64,000 bases of DNA, taken from contig CBFHTA010000002.1 of the NCBI GenBank assembly GCA_965658655.1, forward strand, positions 160,001 through 224,000, written 5' to 3'. Both the position numbers and the translations under genes were made by a program. The notes beneath the pieces were generated by a model that saw nothing but the letters and a program-made list of their open reading frames with translations, was not told the DNA's origin and made no database searches. Source of the stretch: Candidatus Babelota bacterium. GTDB lineage: Bacteria; Babelota; Babeliae; Babelales; CAIQNR01. Positions 1 through 10,102 of this stretch are shown here, in pieces. How positions within the stretch are numbered: the stretch's first letter is position 1; every line of letters starts with the position of its first letter.

Positions 1-313
1 CAGACGAGTGCTTCGTCCTTTAAAAAAAGATGAAACTATCGAGAATGGAGATATTGTTGTTTGGAATGGCCATGTTGCTATGGTAAGTGATGCAAAAAAA
101 GGATTACTCATAGAAGCTCGTTCATACGACAGTGGCTACGGAAAGGTTCATGAGATACCGTATCATGAACAATTAAAAGATATAACATCTACACAAAAAC
201 TAGTTAATGCACATTTTTCAAAACAACGTATTACACGATTAAAAAAAGATGGCACAAAAAATCATTTTGTATATGATTTAGAAATCTTAAAATTATCTAG
301 CTTAAGGCTTTAA
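1..313 (+). CDS. C-terminal part of an NlpC/P60-like cell-wall peptidase (5' truncated by window edge)
   Basis: Frame open from the window start; GDIVVWNGHVAMV...LIEA matches the C-terminal half (GD..., catalytic His) of NlpC/P60 proteins. Confidence 0.6.
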   Translation, partial: RRVLRPLKKDETIENGDIVVWNGHVAMVSDAKKGLLIEARSYDSGYGKVHEIPYHEQLKDITSTQKLVNAHFSKQRITRLKKDGTKNHFVYDLEILKLSSLRL

Positions 314-408
314 CGAATTAGATGCGAAGTCAATAAGAACAATCAGAACGTTATGCTTTTTGCGTAGCTCATGCAGCAAACAGTATTGGTAGTGAGACAA
401 TGAAAAAA

Positions 409-474
409 AATATCCCACTCGTTCTTTTTGATGACAACGGCCAAGACCTGTTAGCAATCAGCGAGTGGGATATT
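409..474. terminator. 13-bp perfect inverted repeat with 40-nt loop between convergent genes; terminator-like
   Basis: aatatcccactcg (409-421) / cgagtgggatatt (462-474); adjacent A-run gives a U-tail on the minus strand just after the 491..1435 stop. Confidence 0.55.
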
Positions 475-490
475 GTTAATTTTTCTACAA

Positions 491-1435
491 TTAATGCTGG
501 TGAACAATAACACGCGATTGGCGTTGATTTGCAGGAATATATTGTTGCAAAATATGCCTTACCGCTTTTAATCTTGCATATTGTTCAAGGGTTTTCATTG
601 CACAATAACTTGCCATATTATACGTTGCAGTATACAACCAAGGGCGTCTAAAGTAGCAGTCTTCTTTAAAGAATAAACCAATAGTTGGTGAGTTACTTAT
701 CCATGAGTTGCTTGCATACTCCTGTAAGATATCTTCTGAATAAAGGGTAATGTCATCTGTAATGAGAACATCACCATCAAGTAACGCTCTTGTATCAGAA
801 TCTTGGTCAATCATTCTTTGAGCAGTAAGCTCTACAATATTGGTGTAAGATTCATACATTTTTAAACGTTTATCAAGTTGCGTAAGTGCAGTATCAACTT
901 TTTTAATTGCTTCAAGAGGAGATGCATTTTGCTCAAGACCCATATTAAAAAAAAGCTGTCTTTTTAAAGCTTCTCTACCACCAGGGTAATGGGCAAGTTG
1001 ATTCATTAATTCAGCTGCTGTATCACACTCTGCCCATCTATTTCTTAAAACTAGATTTGTACTTGTATTTTGACGTTTCATTTTTCTTAATTGAACACCA
1101 AAGGTACAATATCGCCAGAGCATTGCACTATGATACAATGCCGCAAAACCATGAGCAGCGAGAGAAATCTTAACAAGATTACTTGGTGCAATTTCTTGAC
1201 CAGCAATTTTAAAAACTTCTTTAGCAGTTCCTTCTACAGATTCAGCGGTAAAAGCTTTATAACCTTTGAAACTAAGATACCCAAGACCAGCATGCGCACT
1301 CCAACCAAAAGCGCCGTAACCCAGTTCTTTGGTTACTCCACAAACAACATCGCCCAAATCAGCAGAGATACCTGCTGGAAGAAGTACCAATAAACTTAAT
1401 AAATATTTTTTATAAGATTTTATAACCATAACCAT
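491..1435 (-). CDS. exported hypothetical protein, paralog of 1704..2531
   Basis: 314-aa ORF with signal peptide (KKYLLSLLVLLPAGISA); C-terminus CAMKTLEQYARLKAVRHILQQYIP aligns with neighbour CTFEVLKQYSRIRAIQRVMEQYLVP. Confidence 0.8.
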   Translation of the reverse strand: MVMVIKSYKKYLLSLLVLLPAGISADLGDVVCGVTKELGYGAFGWSAHAGLGYLSFKGYKAFTAESVEGTAKEVFKIAGQEIAPSNLVKISLAAHGFAALYHSAMLWRYCTFGVQLRKMKRQNTSTNLVLRNRWAECDTAAELMNQLAHYPGGREALKRQLFFNMGLEQNASPLEAIKKVDTALTQLDKRLKMYESYTNIVELTAQRMIDQDSDTRALLDGDVLITDDITLYSEDILQEYASNSWISNSPTIGLFFKEDCYFRRPWLYTATYNMASYCAMKTLEQYARLKAVRHILQQYIPANQRQSRVIVHQH

Positions 1436-1504
1436 TCCCTAACTTTAAGTAGGACAACCTCACATTTCACTTAAACCAGTTTATCAATAAGAGGATAGAC
1501 GTGC

Positions 1505-1538
1505 AAAAGCCCCTGGGCATTTTAAGCTTAGGGGGCTT
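1505..1538 (-). terminator. putative rho-independent terminator
   Basis: aagcccct...gggggctt stem with adjacent A-run, downstream of 1704..2531. Confidence 0.45.
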
Positions 1539-1571
1539 ATTTGCGAGAACTATTCAAGCTTAAAGCGGTAC

Positions 1572-1686
1572 TAAAGCGAGTCGTACATTCGATACAATTT
1601 TTTCATTTTGCTCAAAAATCACTCAGCATGATTCGCTTTACTTCTGATTCATCCCAAGTGGCTTCCTGTAGGTAATTGTATCGAAG
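1572..1686. repeat. REP/MITE-like palindromic intergenic element
   Basis: 12-bp perfect inverted repeat ttcgatacaatt (1588-1599)/aattgtatcgaa (1674-1685), plus a second pair taaagcga (1572-1579)/tcgcttta (1633-1640). Confidence 0.55.
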
Positions 1687-1703
1687 AATCGAGCAACTAC
1701 TTT

Positions 1704-2531
1704 TTATCTAGCTTTAAGATTCAAATTAATAGCTTGAGCCTGCGTAGCTGGAACCAAATATTGCTCCATAACACGTTGAATTGCACGAATACGCGAATAC
1801 TGCTTAAGAACCTCAAAAGTACATTCTGCAGCTTTCTTATGCGTCCAAGTAAACCAATACGGTATACGTGTTCCAAAAGTAGGAGACCAAGTATATTTAA
1901 TATCAATTGGCAAGAGCGTATGATCCATGTACTCATTGAATGCTTTTTCTACAGGAGAAAATCTAAAAGCTGAGAATGTAGATGAAACCAATTGATGATC
2001 AATAATATAATCAGATGTAATCAATTCTTGAGGATTTTTAGCAAAACCTGCCTCACGGGCCATGTTAAGGAGAATAGGAGTGAGAAAAGCATAACTATTA
2101 AGCTCTGCTTGTAATGCAACCAAGGATGAATCAAGCGCATCAGATACTAAAAGATGAAAGTTTGGAGCATTACGATCTATACCTTCTGCTCTGCAGATTT
2201 CTTCTAATAGTTGTTGTCTAAAGGTATCTTTTTCTTTTCTTGTACTCAGTTGAGTAAAGCATCCCCATAATGCGTATCCTGAAGTAAAATCATAAGGAGA
2301 AACCCATACGTTACGCTCACTGAGTGTCCCCACTTTTTTACACATTTGTAGTTCATCTAAACGAGTTCCCATGTTCCACCATTGAGCTACGGTTGTAATA
2401 CCACCAGCACCAAGTGCACCTATTGCAACGGTACTTAACACTTTGCTCGTTGTACTAACCTCTGCTTTTGCTTGCTGTGAAACACACATTAATACACACA
2501 ACAGTGCTCTGCTATACTGTTTTTTAATCAT
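1704..2531 (-). CDS. exported hypothetical protein, paralog of 491..1435
   Basis: 275-aa ORF, signal peptide ending QAKA, hydrophobic segment, shared C-terminal motif. Confidence 0.8.
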   Translation of the reverse strand: MIKKQYSRALLCVLMCVSQQAKAEVSTTSKVLSTVAIGALGAGGITTVAQWWNMGTRLDELQMCKKVGTLSERNVWVSPYDFTSGYALWGCFTQLSTRKEKDTFRQQLLEEICRAEGIDRNAPNFHLLVSDALDSSLVALQAELNSYAFLTPILLNMAREAGFAKNPQELITSDYIIDHQLVSSTFSAFRFSPVEKAFNEYMDHTLLPIDIKYTWSPTFGTRIPYWFTWTHKKAAECTFEVLKQYSRIRAIQRVMEQYLVPATQAQAINLNLKAR

Positions 2532-2595
2532 ATCTATACCCTAAAAAATAAATGTTATTGCTATAATAATAAAGCCCAGAATAACACAGATACCA

Positions 2596-3765
2596 CTATC
2601 CACAAGCGGTTCTGGTCAAAAGCGAACGTTTAAGTTGAGACAAATTTTGAGTATGCCCTATTAACATAAACCCTTTTACATAATTCGATTCAGCATAATG
2701 TACTTTTTGATAATATTCGTCAGTTTGCTCACTTTTAGCATCTGAACTAAATATGCCTGCAACATGAAAAGACAAACCAAAAAAATAGGATGCCGTAATT
2801 AATGTAACACCCCCGTATGGTTGCATATGTTCAACCATATTCGTTCCTGCTCGCATGCCCTGGACCAACGCATCTGGCCACGTACAGCTACGCATTTTCT
2901 TATTGGTAAATTTATCTCTTACTAATGCCACATCACCCGCTGCATAAATATCTGGATTGCTTGTCTGCATCCATTCATTAGTAACAACTGCATAATTATC
3001 TATCTCTAACTTTGCAGATTCGGCAAGAGCTAAATTAGGACGCGCGCCAAGCGCACAAATAACCATATCTGTTTTAAGAGTTGAACCATCAGAAAGTTCA
3101 ACCGAGCATACACCATTATCTTTTGAAACTATTTTATTAATCATTACATCAAAACAAAAATCAACATTATGTTGGCGTGCTTTATTTTGAATAAATTCTG
3201 CGCCTGCGGCATCTGTCTGCCGACTCAACACTTGTGTGTTTTTATCTACAATTGTTACCGGTAACTTATAATACGTTAATGCATCTGCACACTCAAGACC
3301 ACTTAATCCGGCACCAATAATTGTTATATGCTTAACGTCTTGTTGTTCGATCCAATCTTTTATTCTCTGTGTATCGTTCAAAGTATAAAACGGAAACACA
3401 CCCGCTGTATCTTTGCCTTCAATCGGTGGAATATGCAGCGTACCACCAACTCCAAGTAACAGTTTTGTGTAGGCAATGCTAGAACCGTCTGCACACGTTA
3501 TCTGTTTGTTATTAACATTAATAGCAGTAACTTTAGTATTAAGTTTAAGTTCTATGTTGTTCTTAGTAAAAAAATCTTGCGGCTTGGTATACATCTTCTC
3601 AAGCGGCTTTTCGTGATTTAAGTACTCAACTAAAAAACATTTATTATACGGAAACTCTTGCTCGTCAGACACACAAATAATACGTGCATCTTTTTCGAGT
3701 TGACGCAATTTCGTTAGCGCGCCCATGCCTGCTGCTGAAGTTCCAATAATTACATACGTTTTCAT
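2596..3765 (-). CDS. FAD-dependent NAD(P)H oxidoreductase (rubredoxin reductase/NirB N-terminal-like)
   Basis: IIGTSAAG FAD motif, IIGAGLSGLE NAD motif, TSNPDIYAAGD motif. Confidence 0.9.
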   Translation of the reverse strand: MKTYVIIGTSAAGMGALTKLRQLEKDARIICVSDEQEFPYNKCFLVEYLNHEKPLEKMYTKPQDFFTKNNIELKLNTKVTAINVNNKQITCADGSSIAYTKLLLGVGGTLHIPPIEGKDTAGVFPFYTLNDTQRIKDWIEQQDVKHITIIGAGLSGLECADALTYYKLPVTIVDKNTQVLSRQTDAAGAEFIQNKARQHNVDFCFDVMINKIVSKDNGVCSVELSDGSTLKTDMVICALGARPNLALAESAKLEIDNYAVVTNEWMQTSNPDIYAAGDVALVRDKFTNKKMRSCTWPDALVQGMRAGTNMVEHMQPYGGVTLITASYFFGLSFHVAGIFSSDAKSEQTDEYYQKVHYAESNYVKGFMLIGHTQNLSQLKRSLLTRTACG

Positions 3766-3782
3766 AAAACCTTTGCGTTATT

Positions 3783-3856
3783 TGCGCCCGACAGGAATCG
3801 AACCTGTGGCCTACAGATTAGGAATCTGTCGCTCTATCCTACTGAGCTACGGGCAC
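3783..3856 (-). tRNA. tRNA-Arg(CCT); CCA not encoded
   Basis: Reverse complement folds as a cloverleaf: gtgcccg acceptor, anticodon arm acaga-ttCCTaa-tctgt, T-loop ggttcgattcc. Confidence 0.95.
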
Positions 3857-3905
3857 AATACTTATAGAGCAACAGTTTACTTGATTTGTTCTGCGAAGCA
3901 AATTG

Positions 3906-6900
3906 TTAGAAATTCACCTGGCCACCCTTAACACGAACACGGCTTACATCTTTGCTAAGGTTTCTAAGATTTCTAATATTCCCTCGTTCTTTTCTCGTTC
4001 CCTCTGTATACCCCTGGTACAGATCATTTATTCTTTCTTTCTGCTGCCCAGTCAAGCGATTATAATAATCTTTTCCTCGAAGATCATCTAAGCTTCTGCC
4101 TCTTTCTTGATACTTTTTTGCTCTACCAAGTGTTTTGTTCCAATCATTCGTATTTTTTCTTTGTTTTCTTTTTTCCATGTTCAGGCGTTCTGGATCTGTG
4201 TCAAGATTGTATAGAGACTCTTGTTGTACCTCTTCGGGGCTCATACCACTAATCTGATTAAGCATATCTCTTTGAGGATCTGTAGTGCTCTTTCCTCCAC
4301 TACCAACACTGGTTTCTGACTGTCCTGCAAGAGACGAACTATCATAGTCAGGAACTGTATCATCTTGAGATTCAGGATCCTCACTCCATGACTTATTACC
4401 CGACAATTGATCTGATAATAAGTTACTACTTGCTTCAATACGCGCTTGCTTTGCTTTATTTAAATCTGCTTCAATACGCACTTGCTCTGCTGCGGATTGT
4501 TTTCCTTTATATCCCGATTGGTTTTCTTGCCATCTCTTAAAATTCTCGCCTTTTGCACCGCCATACCTATCTTCCATTCCAGGAGTCTGAACAAAACTAG
4601 AATCAGACTGTGCTGGCTGCGAATCACTTTCTGAAACCCAATCTGGCCTTAGATAATACTTACCTGCAAGATTAATACCATTCTGAGAAGCATACTCTCG
4701 TGTCTCAGTATAAAGTTCTTTTAATTTAGGATTATCTTTAAGTAATTGGCTAGCATCTGCAGTATTTATCTGTTCCATTAAACTGCCAATTTTAGCAACG
4801 GTGTATTCATCTTTTCCATCTTGCTTAATAGTTGCAAGACGACTTTCCAAAAAATCTAATGTTACATTTTTCAGTAGATCCTTAACCTGATCTATTTCAC
4901 CTTGTTCTAACTGACCACTATTACCTTCAAGGAAACTTTCTAATTCTCGTTTTAGTTTACTCAATGCTTTATTTTTTGTTTCAAAATCTCCATAATCTCC
5001 ATTTTTGATATCTTCAAATCGTTGGTTAAAGTCCTGTACTTTTTTTGTACGAGCCTGCTTTGATGCTTCTTGTTGACGCGCAAGAGCTTCTTCTTGTTCT
5101 CGTTGCTGCCTACGATACTCCTCTTGCGTTCTAGTAGCTTCTTCTTGTATTTTTTGCTTTCTAGTAGCTTCTTCTTGCTTTTTCCTAGCAGCTTCTTTTT
5201 CCCTTGATAATCGCTCTTGATTTAGTTTCTCCCTTGCTGTGCTTTCTTGTTTTATACGATTATCAAAATCATCTAACTCTTTTTGAGATACATTAAGGAT
5301 GTTTTGAGATTCATCTATCTGATCTTTAAACTGGTTGTTATTCTTATAAAAATTAAGTTGACCACTAGCACTGTCTACTTTTGCCTGTAAGCGCTTACGC
5401 TGCTCTTGAATGTCTCCCCATTGGTCAACTCGAAGTGTTCCATTCTTATATGCACTGCTATCCATAGCTCTTTGTATGTTTTCAAAACGTTCACCACTCA
5501 CCAAACCTCCTTCTAATTTATTTCTTAAAAGTGATAAATCGTATTTTTGTTGCTTGGTAGTATATTCTCCTTTACGAAGACGACTTTCTACCTGTTGCAA
5601 TCGCTCTTCAGTTGCGTCAGGACCACTTTTACCCAAGTCTTTTGAAACAGAAAGTGAATTAATCCAATTGTTAATTTGTTCTTGTAAGGATTCCCCATTT
5701 TTTTGTTTTTTTGTATACCAGTCAGGTGGATCTTGCTCATAAGTAGTTTGTATTTCTTGTAAACGAACCATTTCTTCTTTTGGATCTAAACCAGCAGTTT
5801 GATTTAAACCAGAACGAATATGCTTATTTAAGTTTTCTGAACGCTCAATTGGATTTGTAGATCTAGATTTTTTCATAAATTCATCTCTTAGACGATCTAA
5901 ATCTTCAAGGGAACTCTTTACCCTACTTTCCTGGGCGTCGCGTAGCGTATCAGCATTCTTTTGATTATCTTCAGAATCAGCAATCTCTTGCGCTTCACGT
6001 AAACTTTTCATTGAAGCATGATTCATCATGTTACTAGAAGGCTCTTCCACCAAAAGAGTTGCTGCTAAAGCATTCTCTTCTTTAACTCTCTGCTCTTCTC
6101 TGCGATCAGCCTCTCCATGAATAAGTGAGTGCCAATCAGAATCTTTTTTTGATGAATCAGTAGTAGCCCACTGATTAACACGATCCCTTAAATTTCCGTA
6201 AGCATCTGTGACGCCATTTTTCAATTCATCAATACCACTCGAAATCCCAGCAAGAGTGTCCGATTGCCCTTCGCGTGTTGAAACACGGCGTGCCAAGTTA
6301 CTCAATCTGTTCAACGTCTCTGCATCAGGAGTATAAACTCCTGCTTTTATACCATCAACACCCGCTTGAGCATATTGCCTTAACCCTTCAACTCCATCTT
6401 TAATTTGACGTTTCAAACCATCACTTGTGTGTTTTGTCCAATTATTTAATCTATCTTTTATCGTTTGCATATGATCATTAACAACTTGTGTTGTACTTCG
6501 CATATTAGTTCTACGTGATTCCAATTGTTTTATCACACTGCTTAACTTTTTAATCTTATCGTCATATTCCGGTTTAGTTAGATCAGTTTTTTTCAATTCA
6601 TATTCAAGATTTTCTGCTTCTGCCGATAATGCATATATCTCTTTGCGTGTTTTTCCTCCACCCCAATAATCATTAAATCGATCTGCCCAGGTTTTCAATA
6701 CCCCCTTTTTTTCATTATTATTAAAATTATCACTAAAGCCTACCTGATCACCGTCATACGTAACACTTTTACCTCTAAACACCTTGTTGTTTAATTCTCC
6801 AAGGTTGAGACCTCTTTCTGCTTCTTTTGTTGTCATTGGACTTTTATTATCATCACCTACACTAATGCTAGAGGTTGTACCAATATCTGTGCCAGTTATA

Positions 6901-7172
6901 GCTTTTGGTGCTTTTGCTGATGAAGCTTTACCCGAAAATTGCCACCACTTACGATGACTCTGAGACTGCTCCCCTGATTGGCTCGATAACTCGCCATAGT
7001 TTTCGCTAAGATCTCCTTTATTACCCTCTATTTCTGCTTCCTCTGAAGATTGTTCTGGGCCATCAGCTGAAGTAATAGCAGGATCTACAGGTGCCTTAAC
7101 TGGAGCATCCATAGAAAACACTGGTGAAATATTTATTAACAAAACGATTAATAATACTTTGAAACTCTTCAT
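3906..7172 (-). CDS. large exported coiled-coil/low-complexity protein (candidate effector)
   Basis: 1088-aa ORF; signal peptide MKSFKVLLIVLLINISPVFS; Q/E/K/R-rich heptads and QEEATR repeats. Confidence 0.85.
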   Translation of the reverse strand: MKSFKVLLIVLLINISPVFSMDAPVKAPVDPAITSADGPEQSSEEAEIEGNKGDLSENYGELSSQSGEQSQSHRKWWQFSGKASSAKAPKAITGTDIGTTSSISVGDDNKSPMTTKEAERGLNLGELNNKVFRGKSVTYDGDQVGFSDNFNNNEKKGVLKTWADRFNDYWGGGKTRKEIYALSAEAENLEYELKKTDLTKPEYDDKIKKLSSVIKQLESRRTNMRSTTQVVNDHMQTIKDRLNNWTKHTSDGLKRQIKDGVEGLRQYAQAGVDGIKAGVYTPDAETLNRLSNLARRVSTREGQSDTLAGISSGIDELKNGVTDAYGNLRDRVNQWATTDSSKKDSDWHSLIHGEADRREEQRVKEENALAATLLVEEPSSNMMNHASMKSLREAQEIADSEDNQKNADTLRDAQESRVKSSLEDLDRLRDEFMKKSRSTNPIERSENLNKHIRSGLNQTAGLDPKEEMVRLQEIQTTYEQDPPDWYTKKQKNGESLQEQINNWINSLSVSKDLGKSGPDATEERLQQVESRLRKGEYTTKQQKYDLSLLRNKLEGGLVSGERFENIQRAMDSSAYKNGTLRVDQWGDIQEQRKRLQAKVDSASGQLNFYKNNNQFKDQIDESQNILNVSQKELDDFDNRIKQESTAREKLNQERLSREKEAARKKQEEATRKQKIQEEATRTQEEYRRQQREQEEALARQQEASKQARTKKVQDFNQRFEDIKNGDYGDFETKNKALSKLKRELESFLEGNSGQLEQGEIDQVKDLLKNVTLDFLESRLATIKQDGKDEYTVAKIGSLMEQINTADASQLLKDNPKLKELYTETREYASQNGINLAGKYYLRPDWVSESDSQPAQSDSSFVQTPGMEDRYGGAKGENFKRWQENQSGYKGKQSAAEQVRIEADLNKAKQARIEASSNLLSDQLSGNKSWSEDPESQDDTVPDYDSSSLAGQSETSVGSGGKSTTDPQRDMLNQISGMSPEEVQQESLYNLDTDPERLNMEKRKQRKNTNDWNKTLGRAKKYQERGRSLDDLRGKDYYNRLTGQQKERINDLYQGYTEGTRKERGNIRNLRNLSKDVSRVRVKGGQVNF

Positions 7173-7277
7173 TCTTTCCCCTTTTTTAAATGTCTCTTAC
7201 TGAAAATACAAGATGGATAAAGGTATTGTGAAGAAATTCAAGGAAGAAAGAAACATTTAAGCTAAGAGTAAAGGCTT

Positions 7278-8990
7278 TTAGCAGCCACCTCCACCGCCTC
7301 CGCCGCCTCCGCTGCCGGCACCTCCTCCTCCAGATCCACCACCAAATCCAGAACTTGATCCTGGTGCACTAGCATTAACACTAGAAGAGAGCGATGAATT
7401 TAAATTATTAGCAAAAGAACCAGAAGAAAAGTGAGAAGAACTAAATCCACCATGATGGTAATACCAAACAGGATGATACGGTTTTCCTGCGGCTTCAAGA
7501 CGTTCAAAGACTGGTGAAAAGTTTTTAGTCCACTGGTCTTCTACACCAAGCGCCATGGCGTACGGTAAATACTTTTCGTACAACTCGGGAGTTCGTTCTG
7601 GTGGAGTACTAATGTATTTCATGCGTGGCACTTCAGCAGATTCAAGATACAGTTTAAAACCGGCAATATGATCTCGAATCTCGAACCCTTCTTTGGTGTA
7701 AGACCGTGTAGAATAGGTGAGAAGAGCTAACCCAATCCCCCCTGGAATAGCAAAGTAAAACGCTTCTGGAGAATGGGTTACCGATGAAAGCGCGGCCGCT
7801 ATAATCATGACAACGATATAAAGCACAAAGGGAACAATAAAATAACCCAAAAGTAATAGTTTATCGAGCTTCTTTCTATAATATTTTCTTGTATATTCAA
7901 GACTTTTTGTTGTCTCTTCTGATCGAGAACTATTAAGCGTTATTTTTTTGTTTCCCGCAAACAGCTTTATTAACATCTTGTAGTAAAATTCATTATTGGG
8001 AAGATTTTTCAGTTCTAATTCATACGTTTTAGAAAAATAAGAAAGAATACCTTTTTTTAAACTAATACCAATGCATTGCTGCACACCCATATTAACCAAG
8101 TCGGCTGCAAACCCTTCTGTTTTAAAACCTCTGTTTACAAAATAATTAACCATACCAGGAGTAAAGTCTTTGGGTGGTTCAAATAAAGGAATAATCGGTT
8201 TTTTGGAATCTTCTTTTTGAGTACGATCATACAAGTACCAAGCGCATATACTCATTAACAAAGAGATAACAATAAGAAAAACCCAACCCAAATGATCATA
8301 AAAACTCCACCACATTTTCTGTAATACAGAGGGTGGCGTAATAGAACCTTTTGGCATACCAATAACAATACTAAATGCTTGTCGAGGACGCAGATTGCGT
8401 GTACAAATAAATTCAATAGTATGGTGGTCTACAATTCTTGTTCTAAAAGCTTTTTTATATGAACCTTGTGAACCAGCATAAGCCGTATATTTAATCTGAT
8501 CGGTTGTTACGCCCTCAGGCAAATGAACCGTTGCAGAAGATACATCAATAGGAAACATCCAGTCGCCACCAACCACATTCCAATACAATTCATCACTGTT
8601 TTTAAAGAAACCAATATGTCGACCAACCATATAAGAAAGTTCAAAGATGTGCGAGCCATACCTTAGCCAGCTGCCGTCTCGCATGTACATACGAATACCC
8701 CGAGAAAGATACTCTGTATCCCAAGTTGAAAGAGATTTTTCACCACGCTTTATACTCTTAAGACTGAACGGAGTTTTGAACCATGAAATACCTGACCTGT
8801 AACACAAAGGAAAATCTCGATAAATTCCTTTGCGAATATTTTTACCTTGGGCACACACTTTAATTGTTTCTGTTACGTCTAACCATCCGTCTTTACGAAT
8901 CGTAATATCAGAATGATAGTTAGTAATAGCTTCGCGCGCATTAAGACTCAATGCAACAGTAAAGAACAAACCAAAAAAGAGTTTTTTCAT
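7278..8990 (-). CDS. DUF2207 membrane protein
   Basis: EAITNYHSDITI..DG.LDVTETI, ELYWNVVG.DW.FPI, YEKYLPYAMALGV, Gly-rich tail; typical partner of lemA; ATG start at 8990 preferred over TTG 9002. Confidence 0.9.
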   Translation of the reverse strand: MKKLFFGLFFTVALSLNAREAITNYHSDITIRKDGWLDVTETIKVCAQGKNIRKGIYRDFPLCYRSGISWFKTPFSLKSIKRGEKSLSTWDTEYLSRGIRMYMRDGSWLRYGSHIFELSYMVGRHIGFFKNSDELYWNVVGGDWMFPIDVSSATVHLPEGVTTDQIKYTAYAGSQGSYKKAFRTRIVDHHTIEFICTRNLRPRQAFSIVIGMPKGSITPPSVLQKMWWSFYDHLGWVFLIVISLLMSICAWYLYDRTQKEDSKKPIIPLFEPPKDFTPGMVNYFVNRGFKTEGFAADLVNMGVQQCIGISLKKGILSYFSKTYELELKNLPNNEFYYKMLIKLFAGNKKITLNSSRSEETTKSLEYTRKYYRKKLDKLLLLGYFIVPFVLYIVVMIIAAALSSVTHSPEAFYFAIPGGIGLALLTYSTRSYTKEGFEIRDHIAGFKLYLESAEVPRMKYISTPPERTPELYEKYLPYAMALGVEDQWTKNFSPVFERLEAAGKPYHPVWYYHHGGFSSSHFSSGSFANNLNSSLSSSVNASAPGSSSGFGGGSGGGGAGSGGGGGGGGGC

Positions 8991-9002
8991 GGCACTTCCC
9001 AA

Positions 9003-9551
9003 CTAGAATTTTACGTTGGGATTATTTCTTTCTTCTGGATCAACTTCAAAGAATGGAAGTACACTAAACCCAGTCATACGCGCAATAAGAGACGAGGGAA
9101 ACATTTGAACAGTCATATTAAAGTCTCGTGTTGCACCATTATAGTAACGACGCGCAAGTTGAATGTCTGTTTCTATATGGGCAAGTGTTCTTTGAAGTTC
9201 TAAAAAGTTAGTATTTGCTTTAAGTTCTGGATAACTTTCTGCAACAGCAAATAAAGTTTTAAGTGCGCCCCCCAAAGAGGCGTCTGCTGCCGCTTTACCT
9301 TCTATACCTTGAGCATTAATCGCTTTTGTTCTCGCAAGAGTTACCTTTTCGAACAGTTCAGTTTCATGCTTTGCGTACCCTTTTACTGTTTCTACTAAAT
9401 TGGGAATAAGATCATAACGACGTTTAAGTTGCACATCAATGCCACTCCACGCTTCTTCTGTCATATTCTTAAGACGTACTAATTTGTTATAAACACCCAC
9501 AGTATAGAGTGCTCCGAGAGCAAGCAAAATTAATATAATCCAAGCAATCAT
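9003..9551 (-). CDS. lemA: LemA family protein
   Basis: N-terminal TM; EAWSGIDVQLKRRYDLIPNLVETVKGYAKHE and AVAESYPELKAN signatures. Confidence 0.95.
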   Translation of the reverse strand: MIAWIILILLALGALYTVGVYNKLVRLKNMTEEAWSGIDVQLKRRYDLIPNLVETVKGYAKHETELFEKVTLARTKAINAQGIEGKAAADASLGGALKTLFAVAESYPELKANTNFLELQRTLAHIETDIQLARRYYNGATRDFNMTVQMFPSSLIARMTGFSVLPFFEVDPEERNNPNVKF

Positions 9552-9840
9552 AATCGTATCCTCTCTGTTACGACGTTAATAATTGTTTATCATTACACTT
9601 TTTTGTCGATCTGGTCAATGAATTGGCGTTTTTAAACTACTTATATACCACTCACCGTGGATCGCTCAAGAGGCACTTGTTTCCCCCTAAGAACGCAAGA
9701 CATACACTTACACTTTAATCGATTTCTAAAAAAACGATAACCCAGTGCCTGGAGCCTATTCCGTGGCTAAGACCACCTGCGCTTTGCAGCAAAGACTTTT
9801 TACTTAATAAACTATTATGTATAAAAAATAGAATGAAGAA

Positions 9841-9917
9841 TGGTGCGCCTGGCAGGACTCGAACCTGCAACCAACGGATTCGAAGTCCGGTACTCTATCC
9901 AATTGAGCTACAGGCGC
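9841..9917 (-). tRNA. tRNA-Arg(TCG)
   Basis: Reverse complement gcgcctg...ccgga-ctTCGaa-tccgt...ggttcgagtcc...caggcgc-a-cca. Confidence 0.95.
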
Positions 9918-10102
9918 ATAATATATAGAATACTGCAAAATCTTAGACAGAGCAATCTGAAACTTACTTATCTTCCAGTCCTAAAGTCGACCACTCAACT
10001 AAACCAGGGTATTTGAGTCACCTTGACGAACAGCTTCATGTTTAACAGAGCGCCCTCTACTTCATTATCCTGAGCAGGATGAAAGTTGTTTTATACAAAA
10101 CC

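Noticed and set aside
3725..3931. 68-aa ORF overlapping tRNA-Arg
   Set aside because: Antisense to the tRNA and oxidoreductase start; spurious
4241..4290. DPQRDMLNQISG in the 1088-aa protein as a WH2 actin-binding motif
   Set aside because: Lacks the following LKKV/LRRV-type motif; too weak
7278..7360. GC-rich patch
   Set aside because: Encodes the normal Gly-rich tail of DUF2207 proteins
3783..9917. Region between two tRNA-Arg genes as a tRNA-integrated island
   Set aside because: Both are complete, different isoacceptors rather than att duplications; no integrase; lemA/DUF2207 are ordinary genes
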